Position numbers and translations under genes: made by a program
Origin: PVC group bacterium
Lineage (GTDB): Bacteria > Omnitrophota > Gorgyraeia > B26-G9
Assembly (NCBI GenBank): GCA_024231215.1
Contig: JAAEQR010000142.1
Coordinates: 228,593-292,592, forward strand
Length of the DNA: 64,000 nt
Reading direction: 5' to 3'
Shown: piece by piece, positions 25,680 through 35,606 of the stretch
Position numbering within the stretch: the first letter of the stretch is position 1
Layout: the number at the start of each line of letters is the position of its first letter
The notes under the pieces: generated by a model
Told to the model about the DNA's origin: nothing
Database searches by the model: none
What the model saw: the letters and a program-made list of their open reading frames with translations, nothing else

Positions 25680-27761
25680 TTAATCTCTAATATCCAAAAC
25701 TTCACGTTCTTTGGGCAAAACAAAATAGAACTGCGTTCCATTTCCATCTTCACTTTCTGCCCAAATTTTACCTCCATGCAAGCCAACTATTTCTTTTACG
25801 ATAGATAAGCCCAACCCTGTTCCTTTCGGAGATCCTGCAACAGGTACGGTTTTCGATTGCTCAAACTTTTCAAAAATACAATCTAAACTTTCTTTAGGAA
25901 TCCCGCAACCGGTATCTGAAACACAAATCTTTACCTCTTTGCCCATATCTTCCGCGGACAAGATAACCTTCCCGCCTTCCGGTGTAAATTTAACAGCATT
26001 ACCAATCAGATTGGTAAACACCTGATTTAACATTTTTGCATCTATATCCATATTCAGAGTATCTGGTATCTGTTTTTCCAAACTAATCCCACGGCTATTG
26101 GCCCAAACTCCCAGCATATCAACCACAGAATCAACCACAGTTACTAATGATGTACTCGCAAATTCTGCCTTCATCCTACCAGCTTCCAACTTCGCAACAT
26201 CCAGCAAATCATTAACTAATTCTGTTAAACGAGTCGCATTATTACTGGCAATCTCTAAGAACTGCTTTTGCTGAGGATCCAGTTTTTCCTTATCCGCAGT
26301 ATCCAAAATAAGGGATAAACTTTTCTGTATCGAAATCAAAGGCGCACGCAATTCGTGTGAAACATTAGAAACAAAAGCATCCTTCATTTTATTTACTTCT
26401 TTTTGCTTTGTAATATCACTTAAAACAGAAACCATACCAACGGTCTCTCCTTCTTCATTTTCAATAACCGCGCTACTCGCACGTAATGTCTTCTTTGTAT
26501 CCTCACTTGACCCGGCAAGTTCTATTTCGACATTATGCTGTTTATCTTTAGAGAGGCTTACAACATGTTCATCATGCAATCCTTCCAAAATATTCTGACC
26601 AATCTTACTTTCCTTATCAACCCCAAGCAAATCTTCTGCCGCCTGATTAAGCAGCATAACTTTACCGTCATTATCAACAATAACCAACCCCTCGGCAACA
26701 TGTTTTAAAACAGAGTTTATCCGATCTTTTTCTTTTTTGATTTTACGATTTTCATGAATCAATTCCTGCGTTACTTCTCCCACCTTTTCATCCACCATTC
26801 CATCTACATTTTTTAACTTGCTTTTAAGTGCAACATTCTCTTCCTGCAACTTTTTCAATTGGCTTACCATTTGCTGCTTTGTAACTTTGGGCTGTTTTAA
26901 TTTTATCGTCTCAGTCTTTACTTTATCTAAATACGGAGCCTGTTCGTCTTCCGATAACCCGGCTTTATCAAAACGTTCTTTGATTATTTTGATAACCTCT
27001 TCTACGGCTTTTTGAGGACCAACTAATTTAAGTAGCTGCTTTACAAGACGCTTGGTGTGTTTTTTAAACTCGAGCGAGATCAACTCTTTCTCCGGAACAA
27101 CATCTGATTTGCCTCCCAGAAAATCACTTACCATTCCAACTATATCTTTGCCCTTCTTCCCCTCAGGGGCTCCCTCTCCTTCTACGGCAGGAACAACACC
27201 CCCTGGAACATCACCACCGCCACCGCCACCGCCATCGCCTTTTTGTTTCACTTCTTCATCTTCTGTAATCCGGGCATAACGAACTTCTATTATCTGAATA
27301 TTTGTTATCTGATCATCAATAATCGCCTGTTTAAGACCACCTCTTTTCTCAAGCTCTTCCGGTTTCTGAACCAGTAATCGCAAAAATTTTTCCAACTCCT
27401 CTGCCCCAAAATCCTGTTTAAAAAGCAGCCCCTGAATACTAAACTTTTTTAAGTTAACAATCAAATTCTTTGAAGCATCTGCTGCTTCTTCCAACACTTC
27501 CTCATAAAGCATTACATTATTATCCATCATATCAATCGACATATCCCCAAACTTTGAGACAAATAAAGTAATTTCTGTGGTTGCTTTCTCAATAGCTCCT
27601 TTTACCATCGGATGAGTCGCCGGATACAATGGAATCATACGCAATGCAGAAGAAAATGCTTTAAACATATCCAGAACTGCTTTTTTTTGCTGTCTTGGGT
27701 TCTGCTGTAAAGCTTCTTTAAACAGATTAGGTTCCTGATTATTTTGATTTTCGGCACTCAT
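25680..27761 (-). CDS. Cytoplasmic PAS sensor histidine kinase
   Basis: No TM. Poly-Gly linker (GDGGGGGGGD), coiled coil, PAS, HisKA (SHELRAPL), HATPase_c. Confidence 0.8.
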   Translation of the reverse strand: MSAENQNNQEPNLFKEALQQNPRQQKKAVLDMFKAFSSALRMIPLYPATHPMVKGAIEKATTEITLFVSKFGDMSIDMMDNNVMLYEEVLEEAADASKNLIVNLKKFSIQGLLFKQDFGAEELEKFLRLLVQKPEELEKRGGLKQAIIDDQITNIQIIEVRYARITEDEEVKQKGDGGGGGGGDVPGGVVPAVEGEGAPEGKKGKDIVGMVSDFLGGKSDVVPEKELISLEFKKHTKRLVKQLLKLVGPQKAVEEVIKIIKERFDKAGLSEDEQAPYLDKVKTETIKLKQPKVTKQQMVSQLKKLQEENVALKSKLKNVDGMVDEKVGEVTQELIHENRKIKKEKDRINSVLKHVAEGLVIVDNDGKVMLLNQAAEDLLGVDKESKIGQNILEGLHDEHVVSLSKDKQHNVEIELAGSSEDTKKTLRASSAVIENEEGETVGMVSVLSDITKQKEVNKMKDAFVSNVSHELRAPLISIQKSLSLILDTADKEKLDPQQKQFLEIASNNATRLTELVNDLLDVAKLEAGRMKAEFASTSLVTVVDSVVDMLGVWANSRGISLEKQIPDTLNMDIDAKMLNQVFTNLIGNAVKFTPEGGKVILSAEDMGKEVKICVSDTGCGIPKESLDCIFEKFEQSKTVPVAGSPKGTGLGLSIVKEIVGLHGGKIWAESEDGNGTQFYFVLPKEREVLDIRD

Positions 27762-27798
27762 GATAAACTCCTTTCGAAATCTTTAAATAGGATGTCTT

Positions 27799-28911
27799 TT
27801 AAAACACTGTTCTATGCATTTTTACATTAAATAAAAATCCAATAGCAATAAAATTGCAAAGAAGCGCTGAGCCTCCATAACTTATAAAAGGCAATGGCAT
27901 CCCGACAACCGGCATAAGACCCAACGTCATGCCAATATTTATTATAGCATGCAAAGCCAACATTGTCGTTATTCCAGTTACAATAAGACGGCCGGAAATA
28001 TCTTTAGTTCCTTCAGCAATTTTTATCCCCCTTAGCAATAACAATAAAAACAATATTACAATTGCGCCTGCGGCTAAAAACCCGCCTTCTTCACCAATCA
28101 CGGAAAATATAAAATCAGTATGCCGCTCCGGTAAAAAATTCAACTGATTCTGAGTCCCGGTAAACCAGCCCTTACCGGAAAACATTCCCGAACCTATCGC
28201 AATCTTCGATTGATTAATCGTATAGCCGGCACCTAATGGGTCTACATTGGGATTTAAAAAAACCATAAGCCTGGACTTTTGGTACCCCTTCAATAAAGAC
28301 CAGAAAAGAGGCAAACTTATTGTACCCAAAGTAATTGTTGTCAGCATATATTTTAGTTTTATCCCGCCAACCCAGATAATTGATAAAAAAATCGGCAAAA
28401 ACACAAGCGCTGTACCTAAATCCGGCTGTTTGAATATCAATATCATCGGAACAACAACAATCAAAAACGGCCGAACAAGACCGCTTATAGTTTGTAATTT
28501 CCTAGGATTGTCTCCAATTATTCTTGCCAATGCTAAAATTGTAAATATCTTGGATGATTCTGAAGGTTGAAAACCAATACCTCCAATACTAATCCAGCGT
28601 TGCGCGCCTAAAACTGTCCTGCCCATACATAACACAAATATCAAAAAAACAATATGAATACCATAAGTAATATACGCTACACTTAAAAAAGAATTATAAC
28701 TCGTCTTGGCAACGAGAAACATCAAGACCATCCCAATAGCCATCCAAATAATCTGAGTCAAAAAAAAGCTTTTACCAGTATCAATCTGTTTCTGATATGA
28801 TGCACTAAATAAAGCTGTCAATCCAAAAATAATTAAGATTGATAGAATAATTGCTAATTGTTTATCAAATCCTTTTATAAATCTACTCAGTATATTAAAC
28901 ATCCTTATCAT
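27799..28911 (-). CDS. rodA: Rod shape-determining protein RodA (SEDS family)
   Basis: 10-TM FtsW/RodA family protein. Sits downstream of the PBP2 gene. Confidence 0.85.
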   Translation of the reverse strand: MIRMFNILSRFIKGFDKQLAIILSILIIFGLTALFSASYQKQIDTGKSFFLTQIIWMAIGMVLMFLVAKTSYNSFLSVAYITYGIHIVFLIFVLCMGRTVLGAQRWISIGGIGFQPSESSKIFTILALARIIGDNPRKLQTISGLVRPFLIVVVPMILIFKQPDLGTALVFLPIFLSIIWVGGIKLKYMLTTITLGTISLPLFWSLLKGYQKSRLMVFLNPNVDPLGAGYTINQSKIAIGSGMFSGKGWFTGTQNQLNFLPERHTDFIFSVIGEEGGFLAAGAIVILFLLLLLRGIKIAEGTKDISGRLIVTGITTMLALHAIINIGMTLGLMPVVGMPLPFISYGGSALLCNFIAIGFLFNVKMHRTVF

Positions 28912-30604
28912 CCCTCAAATATAAAACTATCTGCTTTGCAATATCTGCGGCCTGAGCCCCACCATGACCGCCATTCTCCAGAAAAACAATAAAACAAAAC
29001 TTTTGATCTTTAACCTCAGCATAACCGGTAAACCAGGCATGCGGAGAACGATTTCCTACCTGTGCAGTTCCAGTCTTTCCATACATCTGGACTCCGCTCA
29101 CTTTAGCCCGATGTCCTGTCCCGTAATCAGCACTGATTACTTTTTTCATCCCATGTTTAATAATTTGCAATTCCGGCATAGACAATATCCGGATATTGCT
29201 CTTTTTACCCTGACCTTTAATTAAATGAGGCATAACTTCTTTACCGTCATTCGCCACAAAAGCAACCATTTTCAACGCTTGCACAGGGCTAACCAACAAA
29301 TACCCCTGGCCTATAGAAAAATTTAAGGTGTCTCCGCCATACCATTTTTGATTAAGCTTTGACCTCTTCCAGGCAAGAGTAGGAACCACACCTATTTGTT
29401 CTGCCGGTAATTCAATCATCGTCTTTCGGCCAAGACCGAATTCCTTCGCATATTTTGCAATTCTATCTGCCCCTAATTTCCTGGCTGTGTTACAAAAAAA
29501 TACATTGCATGAAGTAGCAATAGCATTTTCAACACTCACCCCTCCATGGCCTTGTTTTAACCAGCATCTAAGTTTTGCTTTGCCTATTTTATAATATCCC
29601 GGACAATGGAAAGTCGTATTAAAATCGATTTCTTTTTCTATCAGTCCAGCATATGCAGTAACAATTTTAAAAATAGACCCGGGAGCATATCCACATACCG
29701 CACGATTCAGCAATGGAGCATCTTTACTATTTAAAATCTTGGATATTTCTTCAGAATCCTTCCGATCAATTAAAACATTCGGATCATAACTCGGCGAACT
29801 ATAAAGAGCTAAAACTTCTCCGTTTTCTGCATCCATAACACCTACTGCCCCTTTATGTTCGCCAACCCACTCAGCTATATTGGTCTGCAAGCCAATATCA
29901 ATTGTAAGATGCAAATCCTCACCACGTACAGGAGGCTTATAGCCTAAAACTTCAATTATACTCCCTTCACTATCCACTTCCAACTGCATGCCTCCGGCCT
30001 CTCCCCGCAAAACATGATCAAATTTCTTTTCTATTCCGCTGCGGCCCAAAAAGTCCCTACGCTCATATCCATATTCTTTTAAACGCTCGTATTCATTCTG
30101 ATGCATTTTCCCTACATATCCCAAGACATGTGCCGTATCCTTGCCGTAAAGATAATACCGCAATGCTCTGGGCTGGACAAAAATACCCGGTAGCGAAGCC
30201 CTATCCTGCTCAATCAGAAAAGCCGTATTCCGCGAGATATTAGAAACCAGCATTACCGGATAAAATGCAGCGTGAGCGCTATAATTATAATGGAAGGTAT
30301 CGGCAAGAACTTCTGAACTGATATCAAGAAATCCGCTTAGTTTTGAAAATAAACTCGTTTTGTCCTTTACAGCTATTTCCTGAGGAACCGCAACAACATC
30401 AAACACAAGCCTGTTTCGAACTAACGGCATCCCGGTGCGGTCATAGATAATCCCGCGCGAAGCTCCCTCGGGCACAAGGCGAATACGATTATTTTCACTC
30501 TGCCTGAAATAATCCGGCCCCTTAATACACTGCATACGGAATAAATTAATCAGCAAGATCAAAAATAAAAAAACTATTATATTTCGTATTACTGGCAGAC
30601 GCAT
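28895..30604 (-). CDS. mrdA: Penicillin-binding protein 2
   Basis: Transpeptidase motifs SIFK, SCN, KTGT. Sits downstream of mreD. Confidence 0.85.
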   Translation of the reverse strand: MRLPVIRNIIVFLFLILLINLFRMQCIKGPDYFRQSENNRIRLVPEGASRGIIYDRTGMPLVRNRLVFDVVAVPQEIAVKDKTSLFSKLSGFLDISSEVLADTFHYNYSAHAAFYPVMLVSNISRNTAFLIEQDRASLPGIFVQPRALRYYLYGKDTAHVLGYVGKMHQNEYERLKEYGYERRDFLGRSGIEKKFDHVLRGEAGGMQLEVDSEGSIIEVLGYKPPVRGEDLHLTIDIGLQTNIAEWVGEHKGAVGVMDAENGEVLALYSSPSYDPNVLIDRKDSEEISKILNSKDAPLLNRAVCGYAPGSIFKIVTAYAGLIEKEIDFNTTFHCPGYYKIGKAKLRCWLKQGHGGVSVENAIATSCNVFFCNTARKLGADRIAKYAKEFGLGRKTMIELPAEQIGVVPTLAWKRSKLNQKWYGGDTLNFSIGQGYLLVSPVQALKMVAFVANDGKEVMPHLIKGQGKKSNIRILSMPELQIIKHGMKKVISADYGTGHRAKVSGVQMYGKTGTAQVGNRSPHAWFTGYAEVKDQKFCFIVFLENGGHGGAQAADIAKQIVLYLRDDKDV

Positions 30605-30615
30605 TAATCTCCTTA

Positions 30616-31122
30616 TTAACGCAAAGTATAAACCTTAACCACAACCTGCTTTTCTAAAAACTTCAAAAACACAAGGCTAGCTAATGAAGTATATACTATC
30701 GAAGAAAAAATAATAAATATATTATCAAAAAATAACGGCAACCGATAAAAATTACTGGCCAGAATATAATAACTTATAATCGAAAATATACTTGCCGTGC
30801 ACGGAACTAAAATTTTAGTTAAAAAATGATTTTTATAAAGCCGGTCCGATAACAAACCACAAAAAAATCCAACACTACCTAATATTAAACTATTTATCCC
30901 CACAATTCCACCACTTAACACATCGACTCCAAGTCCAAGAATCATCCCGCAATACATCCCCTGCCGCAACCCTCGATATAAACTAAAAAAGATCACAAGC
31001 AATAAAACCAAATCCGGTTTTACAGACCCCAAAGATATACAACTAATAAGTGACGCCTGAAAAACTAAAACAAGATATGCAATAACCGCGAATTTTATTG
31101 TTCTAAACCTGATTTTAAACAT
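30616..31122 (-). CDS. mreD: Rod shape-determining protein MreD
   Basis: 168-aa polytopic membrane protein following mreC. Confidence 0.6.
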   Translation of the reverse strand: MFKIRFRTIKFAVIAYLVLVFQASLISCISLGSVKPDLVLLLVIFFSLYRGLRQGMYCGMILGLGVDVLSGGIVGINSLILGSVGFFCGLLSDRLYKNHFLTKILVPCTASIFSIISYYILASNFYRLPLFFDNIFIIFSSIVYTSLASLVFLKFLEKQVVVKVYTLR

Positions 31123-31886
31123 AATATCTCTTCTAATCCGGAAAGGGAAGCAGATGGCTTAACAATACAATTTTTATAAATCCCTCCCCGTTCGATTTTA
31201 ATGCTTTCTATCTTTCCGATAAGCAATCCCTTGGGATACACTCCGCCGACCCCGGCACTAATAACTATATCGCCTAATTTCACATTAGACTCAACCGGAA
31301 GATACTTCAATCGACACAGTCCGCGACCAATACCTTCTAATATCCCTTCATCTCTTGTTCTCTGAACCAATACTATTACCCGGGAATTCACATCACTAAT
31401 TAAAAGCACTTTTGCCTCAGCAGAACTAAGCTCAATAACCTTACCCACTAAACCCGCAAAAGTCATTACCGGCTGATTTATCATGATCCCCTGACTATGC
31501 CCCTTATTAATGATTATACTGTTCAGCCAATTTGTCGGCTCTTTTCCGATAACCTGCGCGATAACAAAATCATGCTCTTTTTTTTCTTTTAATTCCAGCA
31601 TATTACGCAAGCGTTCATTTTCCAATCGCATTTCTTCTAACTGAGTCTGTTTAAATTGCAGAAACTCCAACTCTTTTTTTGTTTTCTTATATTTTGAAAA
31701 GGAACCTAAAACATCACTACTATTGGATAAAACAAGCGATATTTTATTCATGAGGGCAAGAGGAGTCTTAAATAGCCATAAAAAACTACTTTTTAAATGA
31801 ACTGATTTATGTGACGGAATAATAAAAATAAGAAAAAAAACAATAACGACGGGAATAATTAAAAGTGGTTTTTTTTGTTTGAACAC
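31095..31886 (-). CDS. mreC: Rod shape-determining protein MreC
   Basis: N-terminal TM, coiled coil, beta-rich C-terminal domain. Sits downstream of mreB. Confidence 0.75.
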   Translation of the reverse strand: MFKQKKPLLIIPVVIVFFLIFIIPSHKSVHLKSSFLWLFKTPLALMNKISLVLSNSSDVLGSFSKYKKTKKELEFLQFKQTQLEEMRLENERLRNMLELKEKKEHDFVIAQVIGKEPTNWLNSIIINKGHSQGIMINQPVMTFAGLVGKVIELSSAEAKVLLISDVNSRVIVLVQRTRDEGILEGIGRGLCRLKYLPVESNVKLGDIVISAGVGGVYPKGLLIGKIESIKIERGGIYKNCIVKPSASLSGLEEILCLKSGLEQ

Positions 31887-31902
31887 TTTAAGAAACTATC
31901 TG

Positions 31903-32967
31903 TTAGAATCTGTCTTTTTTAGAACTAATTCTTCTGAAATGGTGAATTTCACTCAAGAACTTACCCGTTCCCAAGGCTACAGCAGTTAATGAATCCTCTG
32001 CAACTCGTACCGGTAATCCTGTCTCATCTGTTAATAATTTATCGAGTCCCCGCAAAAGGCTGCCTCCTCCGACTAAAACAATTCCCTGTTCGACTAAGTC
32101 AGCCGAAAGCTCCGGCGGCGCTTTTTCCAAAATCACGCGCACAGATTCAACTATAGAGCTTATCGTCTCTGCTAAAGCTTCTCTTATCTCCTGTGAAGTG
32201 ATTTTTATAGTTTTCGGCAACCCGGCAATCAAATCCCGTCCCCGAATTTCCATGGCAAGCTCTTCATCCAACGGATAAGCTGAACCAATTTTTATTTTCA
32301 TCTCTTCAGCCGTACGTTCCCCGACCATCAAGTTATAAGCCCGTTTTAAATGCTGAATAATCGCTCCATCCATTTCATCCCCGCCTATTCTTAAACTCCG
32401 GGAACAAACAATACCGCCTAAAGAGATAATCGCAATTTCAGTCGTACCACCGCCAATATCAACGATCATACTGCCAATCGGATCCTGCACTGGTAAACCT
32501 ACCCCAATCGCCGCAGCCTTTGGTTCTTCAATCAAAAATACTTCACGCGCTCCGGCACGTTCTGCAGAATCCACAACCGCTCTTTTTTCTACTTCGGTTA
32601 TCCCCGAAGGAACAGCAATAACAATAAGTGGTTTTACAAAACGTCTTTTATTATGAACACGTCCAATAAAATAACGTAACATTCGTTCACTAATATCAAA
32701 ATCAGCAATAACACCATCTTTCATCGGCCGGATAGCTACAATATTTCCCGGAGTACGCCCTAGCATCTTTTTTGCTTCTTCTCCTACTTCTAATACCTGA
32801 TTGGACCCTTTCCTTACCGCAACTACAGACGGTTCACAAAGAACAATCCCCTCACCTTTTACGTAAACAAGGGTATTGGCTGTTCCCAGGTCAATTCCGA
32901 TATCAAAAGATAATAATGCTCGTACCGAATTAATGAATTCTATTATTTTTTCAAACGTTTTGTTCAT
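31903..32967 (-). CDS. mreB: Actin-like rod shape-determining protein MreB
   Basis: [17 protein letters not shown] phosphate-1 motif. Full-length MreB. Confidence 0.95.
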   Translation of the reverse strand: MNKTFEKIIEFINSVRALLSFDIGIDLGTANTLVYVKGEGIVLCEPSVVAVRKGSNQVLEVGEEAKKMLGRTPGNIVAIRPMKDGVIADFDISERMLRYFIGRVHNKRRFVKPLIVIAVPSGITEVEKRAVVDSAERAGAREVFLIEEPKAAAIGVGLPVQDPIGSMIVDIGGGTTEIAIISLGGIVCSRSLRIGGDEMDGAIIQHLKRAYNLMVGERTAEEMKIKIGSAYPLDEELAMEIRGRDLIAGLPKTIKITSQEIREALAETISSIVESVRVILEKAPPELSADLVEQGIVLVGGGSLLRGLDKLLTDETGLPVRVAEDSLTAVALGTGKFLSEIHHFRRISSKKDRF

Positions 32968-33060
32968 AGGACACCTTCCTATTTAGAGAGGGATTATATA
33001 TAAAACAATATAGTTATAACATAATAAGTATCGAATGTCAAATCTTTGTTTATGAGTGAC

Positions 33061-34377
33061 TTAAGTCACCGTAATACGCTGCAAAACCCGCATAAATTCA
33101 GGAAATGATTTATCAATACATTCGGTATCTTTGACAGTAGTCGTTCCGTCCGTGACTAATCCGGCAATAATCATGCACATCGCAGTTCGATGGTCATTAA
33201 AACTCCGCACAACCGCCCCTTTAAACTTACAAGGACCGCTAATCAGTAAATCATTCTTTACATTACGGATATTCGCACCCATTTTATTAAGATTAGTCAC
33301 CATAGAATAAATACGATCAGTTTCTTTTACTCTGAGTTCACTCGCACCGCGAATCCTAGTCTTTCCTTTAGCCATACAAGCGGCAACACAAAGAATAGGA
33401 AGCTCATCAATCGCATATGCCACTTCCTGTTCGCTTATATCTATTCCTTTTAACCGACTTGAACTTATTAAAAGATCCGCCGAAGGCTCCCATCTACTTT
33501 TAACATTTTCCTTATTTAAAATCTTTATATTAGCACCCATACGCCGCAATAAAGTAAGGATATAACTACGTGTAGGATTTAATCCTACATTTTTAATAAT
33601 TATTTCAGAATCAGGAATAATCGAAGCCGCCACCAGAAAAAAAGCAGAGGAAGATATATCCCCGGGAATAGTTATTGTTCCCGGTGCAATCAACGGCTTA
33701 CCTCCACAAACAGCAACATTACAGCCTCTTGTGGTAATATCAGCTTTAAACAACTTAAAAATCCGCTCGGTATGATCCCGCGTTTTTAATTTTTCCTGAA
33801 CACATGTTTTGCCCTTAGCATACAACCCGGCTAAAAGTACCGCAGATTTAACCTGTGCGCTTTTTAACGGCATTTTATAATTAATGCCCTGTAACACCGC
33901 CCCCTTAATTTTTACCGGTGGATACTCCTGGGATGCTTTTACCCGCCCGCAGATATCCGCCCCCATCATTCGCAAAGGATCAATAATCCGCTTCATTGGC
34001 CGCAAAGAAAGAGACTTATCTCCACGCAATGTACTCTTAAACTTCTGTCCGGTAAGAAGCCCGCAAATAAGCCTCATAGTTGTACCGGAATTACCTATAT
34101 ACAAAACTTTTTCAGGAGCTTTAAGTCCATACAAACCCCGGCCTTTTATCAAAACTCCCTCTCCCAGCTTATCTTTAAACCGCTTGATCTGTACTCCCAT
34201 TTTTTGAAATGCAGCAACTGCGTTTTTAGAGTCACTGCAATCTAAAAAATGCCTTACCCTGGTCGTACCCTTGGCTAACGCGCCCAACATAACCGCACGC
34301 TGAGAAATAGACTTATCACTCGGAGCAACAATCTTTCCCTTTAAACACTTTATTTTTTTCACCTTGATCTGTTGCAT
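33061..34377 (-). CDS. aroA: 3-phosphoshikimate 1-carboxyvinyltransferase (EPSP synthase)
   Basis: KSISQRAVMLGALAKGTTRV matches the AroA N-terminus. 438 aa. Confidence 0.8.
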   Translation of the reverse strand: MQQIKVKKIKCLKGKIVAPSDKSISQRAVMLGALAKGTTRVRHFLDCSDSKNAVAAFQKMGVQIKRFKDKLGEGVLIKGRGLYGLKAPEKVLYIGNSGTTMRLICGLLTGQKFKSTLRGDKSLSLRPMKRIIDPLRMMGADICGRVKASQEYPPVKIKGAVLQGINYKMPLKSAQVKSAVLLAGLYAKGKTCVQEKLKTRDHTERIFKLFKADITTRGCNVAVCGGKPLIAPGTITIPGDISSSAFFLVAASIIPDSEIIIKNVGLNPTRSYILTLLRRMGANIKILNKENVKSRWEPSADLLISSSRLKGIDISEQEVAYAIDELPILCVAACMAKGKTRIRGASELRVKETDRIYSMVTNLNKMGANIRNVKNDLLISGPCKFKGAVVRSFNDHRTAMCMIIAGLVTDGTTTVKDTECIDKSFPEFMRVLQRITVT

Positions 34378-34397
34378 AATTACACCCTAAGCTTCAA

Positions 34398-34430
34398 ACG
34401 AAAAAGGGGAAGTGAACCACTCCCCCTTAA
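34398..34430 (-). terminator. Candidate rho-independent terminator between the coiled-coil gene and aroA
   Basis: Minus strand reads GGGGGAG-uggutca-CUUCCCC followed by UUUUUCG. Confidence 0.45.
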
Positions 34431-34455
34431 AGCTTCCGTAAATATTAATTTAAAA

Positions 34456-35439
34456 TTATATTAATTTAACGGCATCGCCTTCTTTTATATCTTCTTTTTT
34501 AAATTCCGGCAAAATCACTGCAGAAGACATGGTATCGTAAATTCTCTCTACCTGCACTTTACCTAGAAACTCTCTACCGCGATATACCTCAAGCACTTCA
34601 GATTCCTGCAACCCATCCTTCTGCCCGATATTAATAACTACAAAAGCAAACTCTTTATTTACTACCAAGACCTGACCTTCTAAACTTGCCGGCGCCGGTA
34701 ATCTTACGTAATGACCTTCTTTAGCCGGGTTAGGAATATCACTAACATTTTTATCCCCTTCCACAACTATTTTTTCTAATTCTACAGCGTTCGGCTTTCT
34801 CTTTTTGCCTAATTGAATAATTCTATTTTCCAAAGATTCTTTGGCCATTCTTATCTGGCTCAACTGTACTTTCAATTGCTGCAAATCCCGGTTCGCCACT
34901 TTAAACTTATCATTTAATTTTTCTTGTGCTTTTTCCTGTTTCTTAAGCGAAGCGTTCAAAGAAGAAATCATTTTTTCTTTATCATCAACCAGCTTAGTCG
35001 TCTCTTTCAATTTATCTTCAGTACTAGAAAGTTCTGACAGGGTTTTCTTGAAATCTTCCCGGGTTTGTGTCAAATCAGCTTCTATTTCATTTTTGGCCAC
35101 TAAAGTCACCTGCAAATTATTTTCTGTCTTTTGTTTTTCCAAAGTCATTGTTTCTAAATCCGCTTCTGTCTTCATGCGTTTATTAACTTCATCTTCCTTA
35201 ATTACATATAAGGCAATCGCTCCGGAAACAGAAGATACAGTCAAAATTACTAGAATAATCGTTAGAAGATTGGTCGAACTTGACTTCTTGGATTTCGGCT
35301 TTTCAGGATCTCCCAAATCAGGATCTAAATCAGGATCTAAGCTTGGTTCATCGAATTGTTTCGGTTGAGACATCGGATCTGGTGATTTGTTCTCTGATCC
35401 AAATGGAATTTCTTGGCCAATGCTAAATTCCTTGTCCAT
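34456..35439 (-). CDS. Hypothetical membrane-anchored coiled-coil protein with C-terminal beta domain
   Basis: Likely start is MDKEFSIGQ. Acidic N-terminus, TM, about 150-aa coiled coil, C-terminal VLVVNKEFAFVVINIG...GDAVKLI domain. Confidence 0.45.
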   Translation of the reverse strand: MDKEFSIGQEIPFGSENKSPDPMSQPKQFDEPSLDPDLDPDLGDPEKPKSKKSSSTNLLTIILVILTVSSVSGAIALYVIKEDEVNKRMKTEADLETMTLEKQKTENNLQVTLVAKNEIEADLTQTREDFKKTLSELSSTEDKLKETTKLVDDKEKMISSLNASLKKQEKAQEKLNDKFKVANRDLQQLKVQLSQIRMAKESLENRIIQLGKKRKPNAVELEKIVVEGDKNVSDIPNPAKEGHYVRLPAPASLEGQVLVVNKEFAFVVINIGQKDGLQESEVLEVYRGREFLGKVQVERIYDTMSSAVILPEFKKEDIKEGDAVKLI

Positions 35440-35606
35440 AACTCCCCCCTCGTTATTTTTATTTTTTGGATAGAATATGCTCATTTTCAATTCCAGAATA
35501 ACAAAATTATATATTATTGTCAATCATTTATATTGTCCTTATAACGGACGCGGGTAAGCAGCGCCACTACAATATTCATTAAATCGTACAAAACACAGCC
35601 TTTGCC

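Noticed and set aside
27190-27250. caccgc/caccgcc hexamer-like DNA repeats
   Set aside because: They are simply the codons of the GGGGGGG linker inside the PAS histidine kinase. They are not an intergenic repeat array or a CRISPR.
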